Assembly: GCA_004764695.1 (NCBI GenBank)
Contig: SMSO01000025.1
Location: forward strand, 4,876,862 to 4,940,861
Direction of reading: 5' to 3'
Length of the DNA: 64,000 bases
Source of the DNA: Schizochytrium sp. TIO01
Taxonomy: Eukaryota > Protista > Bigyra: Labyrinthulomycetes
The notes beneath the pieces were generated by a model that worked only from the letters and a program-made list of their open reading frames with translations, searched no databases and had not been told where the DNA came from. The position numbers and the translations under genes are program-made. Of this stretch, positions 53,867 through 64,000 are shown piece after piece; positions within the stretch are counted from its first letter, which is position 1; every line of letters begins with the position of its first letter.

Positions 53867-54772
53867 TCAAAATGACAAACGAATAAAGGATATTGATTCT
53901 TGTTGCAATCCCCTTTCAACCTTTGTTTGTTGCTCATCTTGTGTACCACGAACTACAGCCTTTTGCAGTGAATCTGGAATGGGAATTACCTCAGCATCCA
54001 CTAAACCTACTTTCTTGGCTTCTTCAGTAAACAGCTCGTTAGCAGCTTCACTAGTCATCAAAAGGCGGCTAGTGCAATTTATCATATAAACGTGTCCATG
54101 GTTACCACGATCGACAAAGTTAGCAGCTGTTGATAGTAGCATAGGCAAGACAGCAAGGTCATAGACACATTCAGCAGCTATAACAATGTCAAAAACATCA
54201 TTCTCCGAACAGGAACTAGTGGGATTCATTTCCCAGGCTAGTTTCCGAATGGTTGTACATGCCTTGGTATGCGGATTAAGATTGACATTGTCCTGAAGCA
54301 ATTCAAGAACCGTGGGTTCAATGTCACTTAAGGTAACTTTGCTGGCTCCAAGAAGAGCGAGTGCCAATCCTACAAAGCCTGTGCCTGCTCCTAGTTCAAG
54401 AACACGCGCGGAAGATAGGTTGTCAGAATATTCCATGGCAAAGTACTGGGCTAAAATACGTGCTCCTAACCAGACCCTATTGCCAGTGACATCAACTGAC
54501 GCATCACCATCCTGGCAAAGCAGAACTGCGTCAAGTGGTGTCAGTTGAGGAACTTGCATTACCGAGAGGCAAGCGTTGATTGTGCAAAGGTCAGCTGCCA
54601 AGAGGTTCTGGGAGACTTTGCGATGGCCACGCACTAAGTTTACATCGAAATCTATATCCTCTTCTTCCTCTTCTTCTTCTTCGTCGATGTGTTCCTGCTC
54701 TTCGGCAATTTTGTCGCACATTTTAACAACCGGATCTTCAACATCCAGGACGCTGGGTTGCTCATCACTCAT
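53867..54772 (-). CDS. Seven-beta-strand protein methyltransferase, Methyltransf_16 (METTL21/EFM-like)
   Basis: TGNRVWLGARILAQY, VLELGAGTGFVGL, TLSD, LAW and DIVIAAECVYD. Confidence 0.92.
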   Translation of the reverse strand: MSDEQPSVLDVEDPVVKMCDKIAEEQEHIDEEEEEEEEDIDFDVNLVRGHRKVSQNLLAADLCTINACLSVMQVPQLTPLDAVLLCQDGDASVDVTGNRVWLGARILAQYFAMEYSDNLSSARVLELGAGTGFVGLALALLGASKVTLSDIEPTVLELLQDNVNLNPHTKACTTIRKLAWEMNPTSSCSENDVFDIVIAAECVYDLAVLPMLLSTAANFVDRGNHGHVYMINCTSRLLMTSEAANELFTEEAKKVGLVDAEVIPIPDSLQKAVVRGTQDEQQTKVERGLQQESISFIRLSF

Positions 54773-57700
54773 GGGCTCACCACCTTCAAGCTGCGCGCAG
54801 CCTTTATGCTTTTGACCACCAACTTTTGCCAGCTATTGCTGACTATTATTAGTTTTACTAATATAGGTGCGCATAGTAATTCTGGTGCTCATACTTTCGC
54901 ATGCAATATGAGAAAATATTTTGCGAGAATACCCATGAAAGCAGAAAGAGGGGTCTTTTAGAGCCCCCCCTGAACTTGAGGTTTTGCTTCAAGACTCGAT
55001 GACGAGACTGTTGTTATTCACCCAGAAACATCGCATACTTTGAGCTCTTCTCAGAGAAAAATCTTTGTCACTGAAATGGGCAGGAGAAGTAAGACAAACA
55101 GTAAAAGTTCATGATGCTTTACCTTTTAAAAAATATCTACCTGTAGTATCCAAAGCATTTGCAAGTTTGAAAGCATAGTCTGTGATAAATTCTGATCTTA
55201 AACATGACTTAAATATTACTGTTGTTTATTCGCAAACGAGGATCATATCCCGAATAATTGACGTCTCGTGTCGTAACCAACTCTTTTTAATGGCTTAGAT
55301 TTAGAGAGTTATAATGATAGGAAAGCTTCTTGCGGAAAAGTTAAATAAGGCACGTTTGTTGATAGTCACGATCTTTCATTGATACCATTAAGTGGTGCGT
55401 AAATCTTTGGGAAGAAGGTACCTAGACTTAGCCACAACAGAGAGTCATGCAAACATCTTTTTACATGAGAGGGCCTGATGAAGCCTTTATATATATTAAA
55501 AAACAATTTAAAATTCACTAATACCAGCTTTAGTGAAATTTAAGCTTCGACGCTACGAGACATAAGATTTCATAGTGTCAGCATTATACGATACACCAAA
55601 TTTCTGTATATTTGCCAAGTCAATGCGAACGGTGCTAAGGAGATCGTTGTATTGAAGTTAGCAACCCAAAGAATTAAAATAAGCGGATTATCTAAATACG
55701 ATATCGTATTATGAGTAGAACGGTGCTTGATAAGACAATTTTATTTTACAACCTAAGCTCATACTGAGGCTTTAATGCTTTAATTTTAGAAAACTAAAGA
55801 GCTATTTATTATCTATATCGATGAAAAAAGGTCATATTGCCGTTAGCATTGAGGAGGCAGCACAAATTCAACAAGAGTTGAAAGCAGCGGACCTTACAAC
55901 ATGTATTTTGAAATAAAGGCAAGCGTTGACATTATATTCAAATAAATTGAGCATTACAAACTAAACGTTATTATTTTTTTTTACTCTAGCCCCTTTGAGA
56001 AAATGTCTGCAAATATATTATTTTGATGGTCTCACTTTTTTTGTAGGCAAAGTATAAAGAACCATCATCTATCATCTTACCAAGCACAAAATTCTTTAGT
56101 TTGGGAGCCCTTCTTTTTTTGTTAACACAAACTACACCCCTACGTTTAAGAGCTATCTAATTCTAGTCAGAGCTAAGTTACTTGCATGGCTGACGTCATA
56201 AATGAGCAAGCTTTCAGTACTTTCAACAACTATCATACATTCCTATGGCCTACCAGAGTGTCGTGTAGAGGCAAGGAATTTCATGAGCTGCGATGACTTG
56301 CCAGGCGGGGCGAGGGAAAGTAAGATACCTCGCTCTAGTTTCGAAAAAATAAAATATCCGTGTTAGAAGGGGCTCTAGAAGTATAGCAAATGCATGAATG
56401 AATACAAACGTGCTCAATAGCTATAGACTCAAGCTTCTCAAGTGTATGGGAGCATAAAGAAATAATTTTGCAAGGGTAAATATAATGTCATCCGGTGGGT
56501 AATAAAAGTGCTGAAGTCGTGATTTATTTTTCACCGGGAGAGGAGAGGACTAGCCAGCCTCACTTTTGATACGTAATATACGGTAGTATACAGCACCTAT
56601 TACAACTAATCGGGCTGACTCTCATTGAGCAGCTGCCAAACCATGTTACATTCATCGCAGTGCCTAGGTAGGTAGGTAAGTGGCACTGAGACGTAGTTCT
56701 ATGAATCTACCTACCTAGTCAGCAAGAGCACATAGATGAGTCCTCTGATTAATATTTCCAAGTGCTTTCCTACTTCGAAGGAGCCTGATCTGCAGTCTTG
56801 GCCTTCAGAATAGGAGCAATGCTTGTTTGCAAGCAATCCAGTACAATGGGGAAAAAAGGTTGGAAGCAATCGAGTTCTTGAAAGCGTGGGTAAATTTGTA
56901 CCATTGCTTCCGAGATGCCACAAGCCCCACCTTTCTTCCCATATCCCATCTTTCTTCATGCAACTTGCTGACAACATTTTTATTCAAAAGTTATTTTATT
57001 GTTGTTTTCACTACTAGAGTAAGTTAGCGAGTGCCCAGCTCTGCTTTCACTCGACTGGTGGCCCAGTAGGTGCCATGTAACTATAAGCTGACTATCTCAT
57101 TGCTCAAGAGTTTACAACATATGGCATTGACACATAACTGTTTTTGCAAAGACTGTGCCGAAAACGGCTGTGCTCAGTAATTGGCTTGGCTTGAGCTTTT
57201 ACAAAGCTTAAAGACTTGAAAGAGTTGCCTCTTGAGTTCGTTCTTTTACCATGTATTTGCAAGTAGTACTACCAGGTAGTTAGTAGGTAGGTAGGTAGTA
57301 ATTGCGATTAATTACTATGCTCTCTTTTAGCATAGGTAACTTCTATTAATTCCATTTAGTTTTATAGAGTTTTATACCTTTGGTAAACGCTGAAGCTAAA
57401 ACATCGCTAATTGCCATCCCGAGCGAGCCAGGTTTGGTCAGCCAAGGGACAATATCGATCGTCTTTTAATTATCTGGTGCTAAAAGAGAGTCTTAGGGGT
57501 TCGGCTTGTTCGTGCCAGTCAGCTTTGGAAGCATAAACAAAGTTTAGGAACCTGTCGAGTGTAGTTTGATAGTGAACACTAGAGATGGACTGACTCTGCT
57601 CGAAATGCTTCGCTCAAGCTATAGAGTGATTGATACCTCCAGGTTGGTAACCCATAGGTACCTAGCTAGATGCCTACAAAGATGGATGAGTATCCACTGA

Positions 57701-59285
57701 ATGAGTGATGCTGTGGATTAAGATTTTAGCAAGTTGCTAAAACGATTTGAGCTTATTAATCTCTGACTAGCGAGGTGGTATCCGCTAGAATTCGAGATCC
57801 GCTCTGTAAAGAAATACCTTCGTACCTATAGTCAGTAAGCGCCATTCATTCCATGTCGTTGATTGATATCAGGACCGGCCAGTCCCCAACCTCAACAGTC
57901 AGTTGTTTTGACATACTCTCTGCATGCAGCATCTGATATTCCCAAACTCATTCAGAGTCGGCATTCCGACTCGCAGCATCAAATCGAAGAATGTCAGTTT
58001 GAAACTGGACTTGAGAATGTGATTCATTTGATCGAAATGATATAAATTGATTGTTTGTGGCTGTGAATTATGCGGTAGCTAGGTACCCATGAAAAGCAAA
58101 CAGAAAATTGATTTGTTAAATCATTTTATTTTTTATTTTTTTCTATTTGTATTAAAAATGAATAAAACAAACGAAAAAACTAGAATAACATCTTAAATTA
58201 AAGTATTGGGTAATTTTTAACTTATATAATGAAACAGCCTTTGAGATGATCATGATAATAATATCTTTAAAATAACAACATGTTTAAATAATAATAATAT
58301 CAATCAATAGTAATAAGTCAGAGAAGGAGGAGGAGCAGAAGAAGAAGAAGAAGAAGAAGAAGATAAAAGGCTAAGTTAGGCTCGCCTCGTTCCGAGTCAG
58401 AGAGCTTCTGAGGTAGGAAGAACTTGAGACTTGAAGCTCTTTGATGAGTGAGAGCGCGTGGCATTCTTTATTCCAACTGCGTCATGCCCAAAGCTGACAA
58501 AAAGCTGACAAAAGCTGGCAGGAGCCGGCCGAAGCTAGGCATAAGGAGCAGTAAGGTGCAAGAAGGGCACGCGTCGTGTGTTGTTTATTTTGGTGCTGAC
58601 ATTATGGTCCATTGCTCTTCCATGAATTGGTTCCATTTAGTGATCCTTTAGAATTTATGAAACGCCGTTGCAGTGGCCATGGAAGAAGAACCTTTAAAAG
58701 AAGAAGGAGGCGGAGGTCCTTTGGAGGGAAGCAGTTGCAGAGCTGGGGATGGATGGGAATCTATCTCCCAACTGGAGGTCTATTTAGTCGGGTGCAAACA
58801 AGAAAGTCAGATGGGCAGGTAGTACCTATGTACCTGGTCTTATGAAATGAAAGCGAGCCAATCATTGAGTGATTGTTTTTGGCTTGAGTTTCTTTGTTTG
58901 TTTGTTTTTTTAACCCAAGTTGATAAAAACTTTTAACTTATTATTAGTGCCCACCCTCCGACTGGTGAGAGTGAAAGCGAGCGATGATGGGAACATAATC
59001 TCCAGAAACCCCAAGGCAGCTTCGAGCAGCCGCAGAAATTCCGAACGGAGTTCCGAGCAGTCCTGATGCTTTCGTTGCCTTTGTTGCCTTGTTGCTAGCA
59101 GGTGCCCCCCCACATATCAACGTGTCGATTGGCTGACGAACCTAGTGTCACTTTAGTTCGGAGTGGCTCAGGAACTAAAAATGAACCTTGCTTGCGATTC
59201 CTTGAGTTCTATAGTCTGACAACAACAAAGTACGGAGTACCAAGTGCTCTCTGCTGTGGATTTCTATCTGTCAAGACTCAGAGCT

Positions 59286-59361
59286 ATGAATGAATGAATG
59301 AATGAATGAATGAATGAATGAATGAATGAATGAATGAATAAATGAATAAATGAATGAATGA
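59286..59361. repeat. (ATGA)n microsatellite
   Basis: About 19 units with two ATAA variants. Confidence 0.95.
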
Positions 59362-60653
59362 TTGTAGACAAAGCCAGGCCCGCTTGCATCTGCGTTGCCG
59401 ATGTCATCCCACAGTGTTATGGAGCAGTTGACAAGCAACCAACTTCAATCCTGCTTTGGGTATTGAGCTTTTACCAAGGCTCCGAATTATTGTGTTGAGA
59501 ACAAGGTTCTGAATCATGCTCGCATTTTGCTCTTCGCATCACTGCAATGGATTAAATGAATCGGCCTTTAATCATCATGAGCGCATTGCAGGGCCTTTGC
59601 TCTGTAGTGAGGCGAGCAACTTCAAGTCAGGAGTCTTTGCTTTTGCTCACTTGAGCAAGCGGCACTGACTTAGCGCTTTGAACTGAATCATTCTGCACGG
59701 TTGATAGTAAGGCTACAGACGCACCAACTACATCAGAAAATAAACACGTGCATACTACTATCATACCAGTCTTAGCAAAAATTTAATTAAAAAAACAACA
59801 AAACAAAACAAACGATTCCATTGTGTCAATCTATAACTTTCTGCTTCTTACCATATTCTTTAAAATCATAAAATTAAAATTTTAAGGCGTGATCTTGGGA
59901 CATGCCAGATTTTGCCTTGGCAGGCAGACGCCTACCTAGCCAATCAATGCTGCGGTTTGAAGAGAGGCGATTCGCCCTTGAAATCTTTCTCCAGTAACAT
60001 TCTAATTAAGCAAGGTTCTAATCGAATAAGATTAAACGAGCTAATCCATCCTCACGCGCACCATTTGGAGGACCAGAGCACTGATCGGTCTGTCTTCCTC
60101 ACTCACTCGAAGGCATCATTAAAAACGAATTAGAACTTCGAACCACTTTCATTTTCATTTCATCTTGTTTCTTTTTTGTTTTTTAAATAGATAAATAGTT
60201 ATAGCTAGCTCTAGCGCTAGGTACCAAAACAATCACTTGACTAGTTTTTGGTTGTACTGGTGAATGCCTCACTCGCCTCGATGGCCATTGATTAAAGACT
60301 GATTTCCGTCGCGTGCAAAGCAGGAATCCTAAGATAGTATGGTATAGACGGCCCCTCTCTGCTTCCATAGACCAACTCCTCATTCTATGCAAAAGTAGTG
60401 CAAAATTAGCTGCTCCTAAGGGAATGAATGATATGAAATGAAATTAAACGAAATAAAATGAGATGAGATGGAATGAAGAAAAAGAATTGGATTCGCCAAA
60501 TACTACTCAGATAGGTAGATAAATAGATACATAGTGTGTAGGTACCGAGGAACTATGGTGGTAATGATGATGATAAGTAGAAAAGGAAACTATAGAACTG
60601 CGTTGGGCGGTCCAATCTCGGCACCCAAATCGATCGATCTATCTATCAACAGA

Positions 60654-60680
60654 CAGATAGATAGATAGATAGATAGATAG
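60654..60680. repeat. (GATA)n microsatellite
   Basis: Read directly from the sequence. Confidence 0.85.
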
Positions 60681-61074
60681 TAGTTGTCTCTATTGGCCTG
60701 GCTTTCTGCTACAGTAATAGGGGTGAAGTCCCAGGAAGAAGTCCCAGAATCATCGAAACCAGGGCTTGAAGAAGTTAGGAAATCATAAGTGCGATCATGA
60801 GAAAGAAGTTGGAGATCATCAAAAGCGATGCTAGGTAGCTAGCTATTTGGTCGTGTCGTCTTGAGCAAACTGTCATTTCTCATTTCTTGCCATACACATT
60901 GTACGATGTTAGGGTTCTCTTGAGCGGTCGCAGTGTTCATCCGACATTCCCTTTGGGGCGCTTTTTATTCGGCAGATATTGTTGTTTTTGGATTCTGTGA
61001 TTGGTATAACTACTATGACGAGCAGTAGTAGTCACTTTTAATTCTTATGTTTTCAATATATCATCAAAATATAG

Positions 61075-61257
61075 TAACAATAATAATAATAATAATCATA
61101 ATAATAATAATAATAATAATAACAATAATAATAATAACAATAATAATAATAATAATAATAATCATAATCATAATAATCATAATAATCATAATCATCATCA
61201 TAATCATCATCATCATCATCATCATCATAATAATAATGATAATAATAATGATAATAA
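61075..61257. repeat. Compound (AAT/AAC/ATC)n trinucleotide repeat, about 180 bp
   Basis: Read directly; it generates the spurious poly-Ile and poly-Tyr/Asp ORFs in the track. Confidence 0.95.
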
Positions 61258-62473
61258 AGAAGGGAAAAAAGGATTGCCTCTAACACTATGCGTTAATGCC
61301 CGGTATAGAAATACACAGCACATAGTTTTAACAATCACCAATGATTCATTCATTCATTCGCCATGCGCTTTGCGCGTGCCATTCATGGGTCAACCTTCTT
61401 TTGGCAACGATGGGGCCGCCACAACTTCTCTGTAGGGTTTGGTTTGTTTGCATGGAGCACCCGCGCAAGTGTCCGATGACGTTCTCTGCTCTGCCTCGTG
61501 AGCCATTGCCGATTGTTGGGTTGGTTCTACGAAGCACTTCATCTGTTCTGCTTTTTGGCCTGAGGTTCAAGATCTTATGAGAGTAGTAGTTGTTGTTATA
61601 AAACGAAACTGAGGTCGCCGTGATTCTCTTTTGCTTTCTTCCTCCACCATCAAGTACCGCAAATGCCGAACCGATCTTAGTGGAGCACTACGAAGTATCC
61701 TATGCTTGGTATGGAATAGAAGGGAGTTGAAAATAAAAATACTTTTGGTTATTTGTAAATAAAATGAAATATAAAATAAAATAAAAGAGGCCATTAAACA
61801 TGATAAACTGAAAATCAACCTGAAGTTGAAAGAAGAAGGAACAAGTAGGAAGACTATTGAAGTTCCATTCGTGGATTGTCCTAGCTAGTTATAAAAGAAA
61901 TGGTTTCGGGAAAAGGAAACCGAAGAAAAGGAGCCTCCACGTCCCCATTTCAAAAGGCATTGAGACTTAGGTTCTGTCAATATATTTTTATTTGTGCAAA
62001 AGGAAAACAAACCTTTTACTACTCCGTGAAACTAGTTAAATTTATCATTCAGGCAATAGCTTGAACTTGCGCCCATGCGTGACTTACGAGCACTGCAGTT
62101 GCAGCAACACTTTTGAATCCTTTTATTTTTTATTATGAGAAATCAGAGTGATAAAATGTTTCTGGTTTTGATTATTTTATTTTATTTTAAAAAGAAAAAG
62201 TGATTTATAATAAAAAAATCAGTTGACAATCAGTAACAGTGTATAGATTCGTAGTAGGAGCTAGTTTAAAACAAAATGATGAGCGGTCAGCGAGCAGAGA
62301 TCCTGAGCCGAGCTCAGGCCAGCATTTGGCCAGCGAAGCCGCATCACTGAAGAATTGGAATTGTTAAAGCTGGTTCTTGAAGACAGAAAACTCCGAGCAG
62401 GCAAACACCTAATTCCATCCAAGACACAGGCAACCAACACTGTACAAGCTTGCTGCAGAGCTTGAGAGCAAAC

Positions 62474-63571
62474 ATGAACCAAAGGACAGGAAGCATCCGT
62501 AACATCTTCCTTGCTAGATCGAGGTCCGTGGGTATCGCAGAAGACGACTCACAGGATGAATTCCGAGACCTTGATGAGCGCGATGAAGACCAGCTACAAA
62601 CAATGAGCTCGCAGTCTTCGAGGTTGTCTACATCGAGCGAAGTGAACCGAGACGAGGATGAAGATGACGCAGAACGCAAATCGTCATATACCTTGCGCAG
62701 AACCAAGTCGGCCCGAGCAAAACTTGTACGTTCAGTATCCAAGCTCACAAAGCTACGATCAAGCGGTAGCTTTCGCATGAAATCCTTGCGCCAAAGCAAA
62801 TCTAGTAGTCTTCAAGACACCGCTGAAGGAGATGAGGACGATGAAGAGTTTATTGCCGTCGCCGAACCAGTGGAAGACGATGAGGAGACTGCTCGCATGA
62901 CGATCCGCGCCCTTGAAAAGGAGGCAGCTCTGGGATATAGTCAAAATAACAACCATGCGGTTGAAGACAACTTTCTTTTGGCCCTCCGCCAAAGTCTTGT
63001 CGATGCGAGAGATGTATTACAAGAAAACGAGCAGATGCAATTAGCGATGGCTATGTCTCTGAGTGAAATTGAGGTGGCGAACGAAATCCATTCGGAAAAG
63101 CCCTCCACTACACCTCGCAAGGGTCATCGCTCTGTGTACTCACTACGCCCCCGTCCTCCTGCACCCGTGGCTCGCCGCCCAAGTCTAGTTGCAACCAATG
63201 TTTTGCCAACGTCCAGTTCCGGCACCAGCCAAAGTAACAATCTCACAAATAGTGTTAGCTCAATCCTCCAAGTTTCAGGCGAATCACTAGGTGGTGTGCC
63301 AGAGAAGAAGTCGCAACTCACAAGGTCAACCACTTCTTCTCAGGAGGTTGTGGAGCAAAAAGATGACGTAGATGAGGTCGGTTTTTGGTCTGACGAAGAA
63401 GACGAATTCGACATCAGTGCGCCAGTGGTCCCAGCAACCTCGCCACCTTCATCCCCTTCTGGTAAGACCTCCCACTCTTCAACTTTCCCCCGGGTTACGC
63501 ACTGCATGCATACAAAAGATTTTGAGCGCAACTCTCTTGTAGCATATGAGGATTCCATTCAAGCTGTGTAG
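62474..63571 (+). CDS. Largely disordered protein with putative ubiquitin-interacting motifs
   Basis: ATG in aaacATG context; S/E/D/R-rich. UIM-like EQMQLAMAMSLSE and a weaker EDNFLLALRQSL. Confidence 0.65.
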   Translation: MNQRTGSIRNIFLARSRSVGIAEDDSQDEFRDLDERDEDQLQTMSSQSSRLSTSSEVNRDEDEDDAERKSSYTLRRTKSARAKLVRSVSKLTKLRSSGSFRMKSLRQSKSSSLQDTAEGDEDDEEFIAVAEPVEDDEETARMTIRALEKEAALGYSQNNNHAVEDNFLLALRQSLVDARDVLQENEQMQLAMAMSLSEIEVANEIHSEKPSTTPRKGHRSVYSLRPRPPAPVARRPSLVATNVLPTSSSGTSQSNNLTNSVSSILQVSGESLGGVPEKKSQLTRSTTSSQEVVEQKDDVDEVGFWSDEEDEFDISAPVVPATSPPSSPSGKTSHSSTFPRVTHCMHTKDFERNSLVAYEDSIQAV

Positions 63572-64000
63572 AGTTTTATTTCAATACCTTCAGAGGTTGG
63601 GTGTTAATAATCATTGTACTTTCATTACCAAACTATTACATCGTATTTTAAATAGTGAATTTTCGTGACCTAGATAAAAGTTCATCAGGAATCTCTTCCT
63701 TGGCATCATTATTGAATAACCTCCTACTTGTTTATGTTGTCGAGAAACAACACACAAAACACAAGTACTATTTTGGCAATCATTGTTTTGCCAAAATCAA
63801 TATTTGATGGTCAATTTTTATCATTATGAAGGTTGATGCTTTGGATAATTGAAGAATCAAGTTCATCCATGTTTAGCGCCTTCCTTGGCGAGAGGATCCC
63901 CTTTCGCCTGAACAGAGTTGCAATAGAATTTACTCAATGTCATTTTCCTAATTCATTTAACATAGGCTACCAACGCTCTCTCAAGTCAACTGTTAGATTA

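Noticed and set aside
61047-61286. Poly-Ile and poly-Tyr/Asp ORFs
   Set aside because: Artefacts of the (AAT/ATC)n repeat.
1-64000. tRNA, rRNA, telomeric repeats or intact transposons
   Set aside because: No cloverleaf/T-loop context, rRNA-like segment, or transposase/reverse transcriptase ORF was found by eye. Small ncRNAs cannot be excluded without tRNAscan-SE or Infernal.

Overview
Eukaryotic, intron-poor genomic DNA with compact genes separated by AT-rich, microsatellite-rich spacers. The protein set and layout suggest a stramenopile protist, probably a thraustochytrid/labyrinthulomycete; this is inferred from composition and gene style, not from a database match. About 19 protein genes are supported: a partial LRR-type gene, a half-length RRP5, a bacterial-type ArsJ organoarsenical exporter, a secreted (alpha/alpha)6 glycosidase-like protein, PCH2/TRIP13 (one intron) overlapping COMMD3 tail to tail, an SDR, a SHLD2 (shieldin-2)-like OB-fold protein, CCDC13, a tandem double-NTF2 protein, an organelle-targeted 5'-3' exonuclease with a large insert, NDUFA13, SEC23 with a prion-like N-terminus, an OSR1/SPAK-like STE20 kinase, p24-delta, a SAM-domain protein, an EcsC-like protein, a METTL21-type methyltransferase and a UIM-bearing disordered protein. 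I found no rRNA, tRNA, CRISPR array or intact transposon. The best leads are the protist SHLD2-like gene about 5.6 kb from TRIP13, the stand-alone arsJ, the RRP5 lacking its N-terminal half, the asymmetric single-chain NTF2 dimer, and a TAGGTA/TACCTA motif upstream of most genes. All family calls come from recalled motifs; no searches were run.
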